From assembly GCA_963676355.1 (NCBI GenBank), contig OY781093.1:1463010-1527009 (forward strand): a stretch of 64,000 nucleotides of DNA, read 5' to 3'. This document shows, piece after piece, positions 37,806 through 47,330 of the stretch; within the stretch, counting starts at the first letter, position 1; each line of letters begins with the position of its first letter. The notes under the pieces are model-generated. The model saw only the letters and a list, made by a program, of their open reading frames with translations, made no database searches and was not told the origin of the DNA. The position numbers and the translations under genes were made by a program. Origin of the DNA: Christensenellaceae bacterium. Lineage in GTDB: Bacteria; Bacillota; Clostridia; Christensenellales; UMGS416.

Positions 37806-38423
37806 TTGGGGGGGAACAATATGAAAAATGAAGATACATTAGACAAGCATTTTACACATGAACATGAAGCAACTTGCTCTATATGCTCAAGACCTATGAC
37901 TGACCTTATGACATTCATAGTTTATTGGATTCTTCCCTTGTGGAGAGCGGTGGATGAAGATGAAAATGGCTATGCTTACCAATCCAAGAAAGCATACAGT
38001 ATGACTGACATAAGACGCAGGCGCTATCATATTTGCGCAAATTGTTATGGCAAAGCACATAATAAGAAAATGATTTTTATGCTCTTTGGAGTAATGATTG
38101 CGGCGATTACACCTGCATTGTTTTTGATTGAGCAGGTTATAGGCTTTTCTGTATTAATTGGATTTGATGCGAATATTGAAAATTTCTTTTTAGGATTGAT
38201 TATTGGCGCTATGGTAGTTGCTTTTAACTTCCCGGTTAAAAAAGTTATCTTGGATAATCTTGCGCGTGCTCAACTTAAGACTGATTTGGTTAATGGAAAA
38301 TTCCAACATAGCCTATCACAAGCTGAGGCAAATGAAGTAAAATCATGGACGGAGCTCGTTCCACACAATGATCCTACTTTGCATCATCACCATCATCATA
38401 CAGGAAGGCATAAGGAAGCATAA
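37806..38423 (+). CDS. small membrane protein with N-terminal zinc-ribbon (CSIC...CANC) and a native C-terminal His6 tail
   Basis: It has two Cys pairs, two predicted TM helices, and the C-terminus ...TLHHHHHHTGRHKEA. The likely start is the ATG at 37821 (MKNEDTL). Confidence 0.45.
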   Translation: MGGNNMKNEDTLDKHFTHEHEATCSICSRPMTDLMTFIVYWILPLWRAVDEDENGYAYQSKKAYSMTDIRRRRYHICANCYGKAHNKKMIFMLFGVMIAAITPALFLIEQVIGFSVLIGFDANIENFFLGLIIGAMVVAFNFPVKKVILDNLARAQLKTDLVNGKFQHSLSQAEANEVKSWTELVPHNDPTLHHHHHHTGRHKEA

Positions 38424-38592
38424 TTTTTAATACTTGTCTGATTACAACTAAACTATCTTAATTTAAAACTATTTGCTGTATAATAGAGGTAGCTCTGTTT
38501 GGGAAACTTGAAATATTAAGTTTTTCCTTATAGCTAGCTATATAAGAAGATGCACAGATTTATAAAAAATTGAAATGATGAATGGAGAAAAT

Positions 38593-39528
38593 ATGAAGAA
38601 GATAACTATAAATAACACGGATTTAAATGTTTCAAACATATGCTATGGAACGGTTAAATCAGGATTGCCTGAAAACAAAGAGCTAGACACAAAGCTTATT
38701 GATATGTTTGTAGATGAAGGAGGCAATTTCATCGACACTGCAAGGGTATATTGTGATTGGATTCCAGGCGAAAAAAGCAGAAGTGAAAAGTTTCTTGGCA
38801 AGTGGCTAAAAGAACGGGGGAAAAGAGACAGCCTTGTAATCGCAACAAAAGGTGCGCACCCTGACCTTGATGCTCTTGATGTCGCGCGTCTTACAAGGGA
38901 TGACATAGAATTTGATGTGACAGGAAGCCTTAAAGATTTAAAAACGGATTATATCGATTTATATTATCTGCACCGCGATGATGAAAACACGCCGGTGGAG
39001 GAAATAATCGATACAATGGAAGAGATGAAAAAGAAAGGCTATTTTAGATATTACGGTTGTTCTAACTGGAAGGCAGAAAGAGTGGAAAAAGCACAGGAGT
39101 ATGCCAAGACTATAGGTGTAAAAGGATTTACTGCGAACCAAATGCTGTGGAATGTGGGAAGTACCCATATGAATGAGCCGGGGGATAAAACACTGGTTGT
39201 AATGGATGAAAAGCTATATCGTTTTCATGAAGAAAGTCGAATGTGCGCACTTGCATATTCTTCGCAGGCGGCAGGCTATTTCACAAAGCTTATAAATGAT
39301 CCTGAGCGCGCACAAAAGCAAATTTACCATACACAAGAAAACGTAAAAAGAGCGAATGAGCTTAAAAATAGGTTTAAAGATGCGAAATCTCCCATGCAAT
39401 ATGTCCTTGGCTATCTGCTTAATATGAGTATACAGACAATTCCGATTTTTACATCCGGCAGCAAGGTACAGCTAAAAGATACACTGTACGCCGCAGAGCA
39501 TCCGCTGAATCCGGAAATCTCGTTTTGA
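38593..39528 (+). CDS. aldo/keto reductase family oxidoreductase
   Basis: It has the AKR signature (NICYGT, the IDTARVY region, and the catalytic tetrad context). The likely start is the ATG at 38593 behind a GGAG RBS. Confidence 0.8.
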   Translation: MKKITINNTDLNVSNICYGTVKSGLPENKELDTKLIDMFVDEGGNFIDTARVYCDWIPGEKSRSEKFLGKWLKERGKRDSLVIATKGAHPDLDALDVARLTRDDIEFDVTGSLKDLKTDYIDLYYLHRDDENTPVEEIIDTMEEMKKKGYFRYYGCSNWKAERVEKAQEYAKTIGVKGFTANQMLWNVGSTHMNEPGDKTLVVMDEKLYRFHEESRMCALAYSSQAAGYFTKLINDPERAQKQIYHTQENVKRANELKNRFKDAKSPMQYVLGYLLNMSIQTIPIFTSGSKVQLKDTLYAAEHPLNPEISF

Positions 39529-39584
39529 TAATTATCTGTAGCAATTAAAATAAAGGAATCATATAGCTTTTAAGGGAGAATGAT

Positions 39585-40019
39585 ATGAACGCAGTGATAA
39601 GAGAATCTGTATTAAATGACTTTGACAGCATAGCCGGATTGCTCGGTCAGCTATGGCCGGGTAAGCAACTCTGTCTGTCAGATTTGAAAGTAGTATTTGA
39701 GCGGGGACTCTCTTCGGATATCGACTACTATCTGTGCTCGGAGCTTGACAGGGAGGTTGTGGGATTTCTTTCGCTTAATATTTCAAACAGTTTCTGGCAG
39801 GAGGGATATACGCCTTTTGTGAATGCGCTTGTAGTCGATGAAGCTCACAGGGGCAGCGGCATAGGCAAGAGCTTGCTTGAGCGCGCATATGAAATATCCC
39901 GACAGCGAGGTTGCGGGAAGATAGAGCTTGATTCAGCTTTTCACCGCAAAGGAGCGCATAAGTTCTACGAGAGGTTGGGATTTGAAAAAAGGGCTTATAT
40001 GTTTTCAAAGGATTTATAG
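39585..40019 (+). CDS. GNAT-family N-acetyltransferase
   Basis: It has the acetyl-CoA binding motif (VVDEAHRGSGIGKSLLERA). Confidence 0.8.
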   Translation: MNAVIRESVLNDFDSIAGLLGQLWPGKQLCLSDLKVVFERGLSSDIDYYLCSELDREVVGFLSLNISNSFWQEGYTPFVNALVVDEAHRGSGIGKSLLERAYEISRQRGCGKIELDSAFHRKGAHKFYERLGFEKRAYMFSKDL

Positions 40020-40053
40020 GATTAAGAGATTATCTTTGAAACTTATATCATGA

Positions 40054-40088
40054 AAAACAGTCTGATAAATCACAGGCTGTTTTTTTAT
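40054..40088 (+). terminator. rho-independent terminator after the GNAT gene
   Basis: The sequence is aacagtctg-ataaatca-caggctgtt followed by a T7 run. Confidence 0.55.
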
Positions 40089-40162
40089 AATGCAAACAAT
40101 TCTGACTAGAATAATCAGAAAAGAAATGTTAAAATATAATAATAACAGACAGGCGGTGCAAT

Positions 40163-41101
40163 ATGACAAATACACATCACAGTCATGACATTGGGCATTC
40201 GCACGTCCACAGCCACAGCAGTGTGAAAAATATTAAAAACGCTTTCTTTCTGAACATTTCTTTCGTTGTAATTGAAATTGTCGGCGGTATATTTACAAAC
40301 AGTGTGGCAATATTGTCCGATGCAATCCATGACTTGGGAGATTCGATATCCCTTGGCCTTGCTTGGTATCTTGAAAAGCTTGGACAAAAGGGTAGCGACG
40401 GAAAATTTAACTACGGATACAAGCGATTTTCAATTTTGGGAGCGCTTTTTAATGCACTTGTTTTGATATTTGGTGCGATTTTCATAATATATCGGGCTAT
40501 TCCACGGCTAATTAATCCAGAAAGCGTAAACGCAGGCGGAATGATAGCCTTGGCTGTTATCGGAATACTAGTGAATGGAGCCGCAGTTCTTAATGTAAGA
40601 AAAGGTAACAAGCTTTCCGAAAAAGTGGTTACACTGCATCTTCTTGAGGATGTCTTTGGATGGGTATCAGTTCTTGTGGTTAGCATTGTGCTAAAGTTTG
40701 CAGACATTCCAATCTTAGATCCAATTTTATCGCTTATAATATCTGTATACATCGTAAAGAATGTTATCTCAGGTCTGATTAAAATAGTTAAGATGTTATT
40801 GCAGGGTGTACCTGATGGCTTCAGTGAAGAGGAGACAAAACAGTATATCATCGACAATGAGTCACAAGTGGTTGAAGTGCATGATATCCATGCATGGAGC
40901 TTGGATGGCGAAGATAATGTAATAACATTTCATTTGGTTGTAGATGACGGTGTGACTGTTGAAGAGTCAGTTGAAATTATAAGAAGTATAAAAGAGCTTT
41001 TGGCTAAACGTGGATTTAAGCATGTTACGATTGAGACAGAAAACATTGATGACTGTTCACAAAAGGATTGTCCGGATAGAGTGAAAGGATGCCGGAAATA
41101 A
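40163..41101 (+). CDS. cation diffusion facilitator (CzcD/ZitB-like) metal efflux transporter
   Basis: It has a His-rich N-terminus (HHSHDIGHSHVHSHS), six TM helices and a C-terminal CDF cytoplasmic domain. Confidence 0.85.
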   Translation: MTNTHHSHDIGHSHVHSHSSVKNIKNAFFLNISFVVIEIVGGIFTNSVAILSDAIHDLGDSISLGLAWYLEKLGQKGSDGKFNYGYKRFSILGALFNALVLIFGAIFIIYRAIPRLINPESVNAGGMIALAVIGILVNGAAVLNVRKGNKLSEKVVTLHLLEDVFGWVSVLVVSIVLKFADIPILDPILSLIISVYIVKNVISGLIKIVKMLLQGVPDGFSEEETKQYIIDNESQVVEVHDIHAWSLDGEDNVITFHLVVDDGVTVEESVEIIRSIKELLAKRGFKHVTIETENIDDCSQKDCPDRVKGCRK

Positions 41102-41117
41102 AAAAACTATATTTTGT

Positions 41118-41143
41118 TCAAGCGCTTGTAAGCGCTTTTTTGT
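41118..41143 (+). terminator. rho-independent terminator after the CDF gene
   Basis: The sequence is agcgc-ttgtaa-gcgct followed by a T6 run. Confidence 0.6.
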
Positions 41144-41218
41144 TTGAAAATATTACAAAATGGGTATATATTAGACATATAACAAATCGACTCCCTTCCA
41201 TAGTGTTTTGGAGACGAA

Positions 41219-43112
41219 AATGAATAAAAAAGAGCTAAATAAAGAAAGACTTATTCATATTTTAACAGTTATAACGGGCCTATATATAGCCTATTATATT
41301 TACTGGCGTATTGCATTCACAATAAACACCCAAGCAGTATTTTTTTCAGTTGTTCTTGTAGTAGCAGAAATTCAGGGGGTTATAAATTTCCTGCTTTTTT
41401 CAATGATGACTTGGAATCTTAAAAAGGAAAAAACACCTGAGCCGATTCTTGATGCTAAAGTTGACATATTTATACCGACATATAATGAAGACTTGACTGT
41501 TCTTGAAGCAACAATAACAGGGTCTAACAATGTGAAGCTCACACACACGACATATGTTTTGGATGACGGCAAGCGAAAAGAAGTGGAGCAGCTGGCAAAA
41601 AGCATGGGTTGCGAATATCTTACGCGCGAAGATAACAAGCATGCAAAAGCAGGAAACATCAATGCGGCACTTAAAAAGACTGACGGTGAGTTTATTGTAG
41701 TGCTTGATGCTGACATGGTCCCTCAGCCTGAAATATTAGAGAAAACTCTGGGATATTTTCGTGAAGAAAAGGTTGCGATAGTGCAGCTTCCTCAGGAGTT
41801 TTATAATCTTGATTCAATGCAGCACCAAAAAGATGGCATGAACTGGCATGAACAGCAACTTTTTTATCATGTAATTCAGCCTGGGAAAGACAATATTAAC
41901 GCAGCATTTTGGTGTGGAAGCCCTTCTGTTGTGCGGCGTGCGGCATTGGAGGAAATAGGCGGGGTGGCTACCGACAGCATTACTGAGGATTTTTTAACAT
42001 CCATTAGGCTTAATTCTCAGGGATGGAAGATAAGATACCATGAGGAAGCCTTAGCTTTTGGAATCGCACCACAATCTTTCGATGCATTTTCAGTGCAAAG
42101 GCTGAGGTGGGCTCAGGGCTCAATGAAAATACTTCGCAGCAAAGACAATCCGCTTATTATAAAGGGATTGGGACTAAAGCAAAGATTTTCTCATTTCGCA
42201 GCTATCTTCACCTACTTTGACGCATATCAGAAATTGATTTATCTGCTGACTCCTGCGATACTCCTTTTTACAGGGATTATGCCTATAAAAGTTATAAGCC
42301 CAGAAGATTTCTTCCTGCACTGGCTACCGTATTTTGTGCTCACAATGATTACAAACACTGTTCTTGGCAGAGGATATTTTGCTTATATTGAAGTGGAGAA
42401 GTTTAATACGCTTAAAATGATAACTTTCATAAAGGCATCTTTTTCGCTTGTCTTCGGAAAGAATATGAAGTTTAAGGTAACTCCGAAAGCAATGGAGCAG
42501 TCGGTGAAACAAAAAGATAAAAAAGAGCTGACTTTTCACATTGTGATATTGACTATAATAATAGCTTCAATGACATTTGCCACGGTAAATGCGATATTAA
42601 ATCAAATTGTTAAATACCCTTCGGTTGCAGCAATGGTTATTGCTCTTTTTTGGTCGGTTATAAACGGAGGTATTTTGTATATATCTTTGCATGAAGTGCT
42701 AAAGCGTGCATATTTTAGGCGTGATTATAGATTCCCTCTATCAATAAAGGTGGGAGTTGAAATGGACAATGGCAAAAATGCGATGTGTACTGTAAGCAAT
42801 ATTTCTCGAGGTGGCCTGAGCCTCATCTGTGCAGAAGAAGGAGGCTATGCACCGTTTAACGGGGATGAAATAGTGGTTAAAATGAAGTTTGAAGGCAGCG
42901 ATGTCAATGTTCCTTCTAAAATAGTTTATTCCAAAATGAGCAAAAATAATACAAAAAGCCTTGGTGTAAGGTTTAATGAATTAGACCAAGAAACAAAAAA
43001 GAAACTCTATAAGTTCCTTTATGTGACAGCTCCGCGAATGATATATGAAGAAAATGCAGTAAAATCAAAAAAGAAAAAAAGAGGGTTTAAATTGAGACTG
43101 AAAAGAAGCTAA
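41219..43112 (+). CDS. processive family-2 glycosyltransferase (cellulose-synthase BcsA-like) with C-terminal PilZ c-di-GMP-binding domain
   Basis: The GT2 motifs are present: DDG (VLDDGKRKE), DAD (VLDADMV), TED (ITEDFLT) and QxxRW (QRLRWAQG). Multiple TM helices flank the catalytic domain. The C-terminal PilZ has RxxxR (RRDYR) and NISRGGLSL (D/NxSxGG). The likely ATG at 41219 is behind a GGAG RBS. The ORF-track TTG start is at 41208. Confidence 0.85.
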
Positions 43113-43212
43113 TTGTGAATATTAAAACTTAAAATATCTTAAAATAATTTGATAAGTTGCAGCAGATTATTTTTTTATTGTACTCATATTTCCCACATAA
43201 TCTTGAATTATT

Positions 43213-43413
43213 ATGATAAAGCAGAAAGGATGTGTTTGTATGTTATGGATTATTGTTATCGGTGTTGGGATTGCGGCATATTTTTTGATTAAAAATAAAA
43301 AGATTGATATTAGCGGCAAGAGCGAAGCTGAAGAGACACTTAAGCGAAGGTATGTAAGTGGTGAAATTGACGAAGAAACATATCTTAAGATGAAAGAAAA
43401 TATTAATAAATAG
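43213..43413 (+). CDS. SHOCT-domain small membrane protein
   Basis: It has one TM helix followed by the SHOCT signature (LKRRYVSGEIDEETYLKMKENI). The likely start is the internal ATG at 43240 (MLWIIVIG). Confidence 0.6.
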   Translation: MIKQKGCVCMLWIIVIGVGIAAYFLIKNKKIDISGKSEAEETLKRRYVSGEIDEETYLKMKENINK

Positions 43414-43425
43414 GAGGCATAAATA

Positions 43426-43698
43426 ATGTTTTACAGAGGAATGGGACAAATAGGCGATTATTGTGGAAGGATATTTGGGCACAGATCTTATATGTTTAAC
43501 AGCCCATGGGTATCACTGATTGTAGGTGCTTTGGTGGTTGTTCTTGTTGTTGTTTTGGCGGTAGCACTGTTTAAAACACTTAACAAGAAAAAAAACAGTA
43601 CAAATGACGACCTTTTAGAACTTCTCAAATCCAAATACGTTGCTGGCGAAATTGATGAAGAAGAGTATTTAAGGAAAAAGAAATTGATTAATAAGTAA
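43426..43698 (+). CDS. SHOCT-domain small membrane protein (second copy)
   Basis: It has a strong AGGAGG RBS, a TM helix and a C-terminal SHOCT motif (LLKSKYVAGEIDEEEYLRKKKLI). Confidence 0.65.
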   Translation: MFYRGMGQIGDYCGRIFGHRSYMFNSPWVSLIVGALVVVLVVVLAVALFKTLNKKKNSTNDDLLELLKSKYVAGEIDEEEYLRKKKLINK

Positions 43699-43704
43699 AA
43701 TCTA

Positions 43705-43731
43705 AAGGGCTGTACATGCAGCCCTTTTATT
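43705..43731 (+). terminator. rho-independent terminator between the SHOCT genes and the two-component system
   Basis: The sequence is agggctg-tacatg-cagccct followed by tttatt. Confidence 0.55.
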
Positions 43732-43778
43732 AATGAAAGAAACTATTGCAGATGGTATAATATATAAAAGGATTAACA

Positions 43779-44459
43779 ATGAGATATAAGATACTTATAG
43801 TAGAAGATGAAGCGCAGATACGTGAAGTCGTTGGGAAGTACATGGAGCAGGCAGGTTATGATGTCCTGCTTTGTGAAAATGGCATAGAAGCTCTTGCGCT
43901 TTTTTCAAAACACAACCCCCATCTTGTTGTGCTGGATGTCATGATGCCTGGAATAAGTGGGTTTGAAGTGCTTAAGCAGTTGAGACTGACATCAAAAGTG
44001 CCTGTGATAATGCTCACTGCAAAGCAAAAGGAAGATGACCGCATAGAGGGATTTGACTTGGGTGCAGATGATTATGTCCCAAAGCCTTTTTCTCCTAAGG
44101 AGCTGGTAAAAAGAGCGCAAGCTGTATTAAGACGTGCATATTCTACGCCGGAAGATATTATGCTTATCGTTGCCGGAATTTTTAAGTTGGATATAAAAAA
44201 ACATAAACTATATAAAAGAGATGCTGAGATTGAAATTACAAGCAAGGAGTTTTCATTACTTAAGGTGTTTATAGCAAATGAGGGTGCACTTTTGTCCAGA
44301 AACCAATTGATTGAAAAAGCATTTGGATATGCTTATGAAGGGTTTGATAGAAATATAGATACTTATATTAAAAATATACGACAGAAGATAGAAATAGATA
44401 GCAAAAAGCCTACGCACCTTAAAACAAAGTACGGAGCGGGATATATATTCGAGGGATAA
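43779..44459 (+). CDS. OmpR/PhoB-family response regulator
   Basis: It has a receiver domain (the acidic pocket and a conserved Lys) and a C-terminal winged-helix DNA-binding domain. Confidence 0.9.
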   Translation: MRYKILIVEDEAQIREVVGKYMEQAGYDVLLCENGIEALALFSKHNPHLVVLDVMMPGISGFEVLKQLRLTSKVPVIMLTAKQKEDDRIEGFDLGADDYVPKPFSPKELVKRAQAVLRRAYSTPEDIMLIVAGIFKLDIKKHKLYKRDAEIEITSKEFSLLKVFIANEGALLSRNQLIEKAFGYAYEGFDRNIDTYIKNIRQKIEIDSKKPTHLKTKYGAGYIFEG

Positions 44460-44462
44460 GAT

Positions 44463-45806
44463 ATGACAGTCAGAAAGCAGATTACTATTATAATAGGTTC
44501 AATATTATTAATCGCGGTGTTGATTTACTCGGTAGTATCCGCAGCTTTTGTGAATAAATATTTCAGCGGATATGTCGAGTCGGAATATAATGATACAGTC
44601 GAAAGAATAAAAGAGCAGTCAGAAAAGATATTAGATGGCACGATACAAACCAAAGATGAAGCCTATGAAGTTTTGTCTATTTTTAGCGATGCTTTGATTG
44701 GAAGCATCAGCATTTTGGATTCACAGGATAATTTGATTGTGAATATGGATGCAACGCCGCATATGATGAGAGGGCAAATGATGGGTGGCGCTATGAACTC
44801 TGTTTCTGAAACTGATTATTTTGATATACAAATAAACGGAGAAAAAATTGGAACTCTAGTTATTGGACGTACCAGCGCTATACGAGATTCTCAACAAATC
44901 ATACAATTTAAAAGATCGCTTAGAAGAGGCGCGCTATTTTCAGGACTTGTAGCGTTTGTTATATCGGTTGTTATTATAATATTTGCAGGTGAGAAAATGA
45001 CAAAAGATTTAAGAAGAACAGCTTCTGCCGCGTCAATTGCAGACAATGGTTCGCTAAGTGGAATGAAGCTTTCCGGTGTAGCAGAAATAAGATCTATTCA
45101 GCAGAGTCTTAGGGATATATCATCCAAGCTGGGGCTTCAAAAGCGTGCACGCAGAGAAAAAGTGGATCAGCTTTCCCATGAGGTGCGAACGCCGCTAACC
45201 ATACTTAAAACGAATGTGGAAGGAGTCAGAGATAAAGTCATTGAGATGGACGATAAGCGAATTGAAAGCTGTTTGATTGAAATTGATAATTTAACAAGTA
45301 TATTAAGCACGATATCTGATGTTGTTGAATATGACGATAAAGAATTAAAGCCAGTTATTAGAGAGTTTGATGTTGGGAACCTGCTGGAAGCTATTGTTCA
45401 GGGATTTAAATTGCAGTTTTACAAAAAATCCGTGTCACTTTCCACAGATGGAAAAAAACACATGATTGTGAGTACGGATAAATCACTTTTATCACAGGCT
45501 ATATACAATCTTATTTCCAACGCATATAAATTTACACCAAAAGGCGGAAAAGTTAGCGTAATTCTTGACGAAAGCGAAGAAGGCATCAGTGTAAGTGTGT
45601 GTGACAGTGGAATTGGTGTGCCCGATGATGAAAAAGACAAAATATTTGATGCGTATCAAAGAGGTTCATCGCAAAAAAACACATCGGGCGATGGATTGGG
45701 ACTTTATATAGCAAAAAATAATATTCAGTCACTTGGCGGAACTATAACTGTCAACGACAATAAGTTGGGAGGATCTTGTTTTGCAATCAGCCTTCCTGCT
45801 GAATAA
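44463..45806 (+). CDS. sensor histidine kinase
   Basis: It has two TM helices around an extracytoplasmic loop, an H-box (SHEVRTPLT) and a HATPase_c domain (the N, G1 and G2 boxes: NAYKFT, DSGIGV, GDGLGL). Confidence 0.9.
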   Translation: MTVRKQITIIIGSILLIAVLIYSVVSAAFVNKYFSGYVESEYNDTVERIKEQSEKILDGTIQTKDEAYEVLSIFSDALIGSISILDSQDNLIVNMDATPHMMRGQMMGGAMNSVSETDYFDIQINGEKIGTLVIGRTSAIRDSQQIIQFKRSLRRGALFSGLVAFVISVVIIIFAGEKMTKDLRRTASAASIADNGSLSGMKLSGVAEIRSIQQSLRDISSKLGLQKRARREKVDQLSHEVRTPLTILKTNVEGVRDKVIEMDDKRIESCLIEIDNLTSILSTISDVVEYDDKELKPVIREFDVGNLLEAIVQGFKLQFYKKSVSLSTDGKKHMIVSTDKSLLSQAIYNLISNAYKFTPKGGKVSVILDESEEGISVSVCDSGIGVPDDEKDKIFDAYQRGSSQKNTSGDGLGLYIAKNNIQSLGGTITVNDNKLGGSCFAISLPAE

Positions 45807-45846
45807 TCTTATTATAGATTGCGGCTTAACATTAATGAAATACTTT

Positions 45847-45874
45847 AAAAGACGCAATTAGCTGCGTCTTTTAA
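45847..45874. terminator. bidirectional terminator between the HK (+) and the GPH symporter (-)
   Basis: The sequence is aaaagacgca-attagc-tgcgtctttt. Confidence 0.7.
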
Positions 45875-45895
45875 AGTTTGGTAAAGGTCAGAATT

Positions 45896-47284
45896 CTATA
45901 GGATATTTTCAAGCCCGCTTACATCGAATTTTTCGCCGGCTTTTTTCGCCTTGAGCGCTACCTGCAGCTTTTGATATTTTTTCTTAGTGACAGGATATAG
46001 CACCATAAATATGACAGCGAAAGTCATTGCTATGGGACAAAAGATAGTAACAACATTTTCTATGCCCATAAGAGCTGAGAGGCTCTGAACTTCAGCGTCT
46101 TTTGAATATCCGCTGAATTGAAGTATCATGCCGAGTGATTGCATTCCAAGTGCCGCGCCAAATTTTTGCAGCAGTTGCGGCAGGGAAGTGATTGCTCCCA
46201 CTCGCTTTTTAGAATTAACCATTTCATCAATTTCAGCTATGTCGTAGGTGAAAGAATAAAATGTTGTCCAGAAAACCGCAAGTCCGATTGAGTAAAACAG
46301 AAGCATGAAAACAAACTTTACAATGCTTGTGATACCGATGAATTTGAATGCGAACATTCCAAGAGTTGCAATAGTTAAAAGAACGACAACTGCAAACCGT
46401 CTGTCTCTGACAGTTGCAAGCTTTGTCGTAATCGGCACAAAAATTAGCATGCCAACTACAATGGTTCCAAGGGCAACTGCCATAAACTTATCAGGATCTA
46501 CACCGATTCGATATTTAAGCAAGAAGATAAGGTCTGCCTGTGCAAGCGATGACTGAAGCATAAATAGCACAACGAAAATCAAAAGGTATTTAAACGGTTT
46601 AAGTTTTATCACTTCAAAATATGTTGTAAACACATTCTTATCATCATTTTTATCTGAGTGAATGAGCTTGATTTTTTTGGTGGAGTGATATGCGACATAG
46701 CCGAATGCGATGGCTATAAGCGCCACGGCAAAGGCTGAAAGACTCCAGCTTTGTGCAGTAGTAAAGCTTGCGTCTTCAAAAACTTCCACCAAAACTGTCG
46801 GTGCGGCGCTTCCCACAAAAATTGCAAAGGCGTTTATAAATGAGCTTGTTCCGCGTATTTTTGTACGCTCGTCATAATCGGCTGTAAGCTCCGCGCAAAG
46901 TGCATAGTAGGGTATAGTATAGACTGTGTATGCCACCCAGAAGCATATTGCAACAGCGATGAAGTATGCCACAGACCATCCGGCAGGAAGGTCAAACTTA
47001 TAAAAAACAAATACAAACAGAATGGACATTGGTATAATGGCAGCTCTCATAAGCTTTCGTTTGTCCATTTTCTTTGAGTCGGCGATAAAGCCAATCATAG
47101 GATCTGTGATTCCGTCGGCTATAATGGAAATCATACTTACTGTTCCGGCTATAACCGGGCTTATCCCTGCGATATCTGTTAGAAAAAACAGAAAATATGT
47201 ATAAAACATATTATATAGCACGGATTCGGAGATTATGCCCGAAGCATAACCAATTTTACGTCTCTTAGTCAAAGTACCGTTCAT
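45896..47284 (-). CDS. glycoside-pentoside-hexuronide (GPH):cation symporter family MFS transporter
   Basis: It has the GPH signature DGITDPMIGFIADSKKMDKRK near TM2-3 and 12 TM helices. Confidence 0.8.
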   Translation of the reverse strand: MNGTLTKRRKIGYASGIISESVLYNMFYTYFLFFLTDIAGISPVIAGTVSMISIIADGITDPMIGFIADSKKMDKRKLMRAAIIPMSILFVFVFYKFDLPAGWSVAYFIAVAICFWVAYTVYTIPYYALCAELTADYDERTKIRGTSSFINAFAIFVGSAAPTVLVEVFEDASFTTAQSWSLSAFAVALIAIAFGYVAYHSTKKIKLIHSDKNDDKNVFTTYFEVIKLKPFKYLLIFVVLFMLQSSLAQADLIFLLKYRIGVDPDKFMAVALGTIVVGMLIFVPITTKLATVRDRRFAVVVLLTIATLGMFAFKFIGITSIVKFVFMLLFYSIGLAVFWTTFYSFTYDIAEIDEMVNSKKRVGAITSLPQLLQKFGAALGMQSLGMILQFSGYSKDAEVQSLSALMGIENVVTIFCPIAMTFAVIFMVLYPVTKKKYQKLQVALKAKKAGEKFDVSGLENIL

Positions 47285-47330
47285 ATACTACCCCGTCTTG
47301 AATATATTTTTTACATTGTATGCTTTTAAC

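Noticed and set aside
37806-38423. His6 tract as a cloning-vector affinity tag, i.e. a contamination or artefact.
   Set aside because: No vector-like sequence surrounds it: no thrombin or TEV site, MCS or T7 elements. The tract lies five residues before the native stop, within AT-rich genomic context, and a natural His-rich protein (the CDF) lies nearby.
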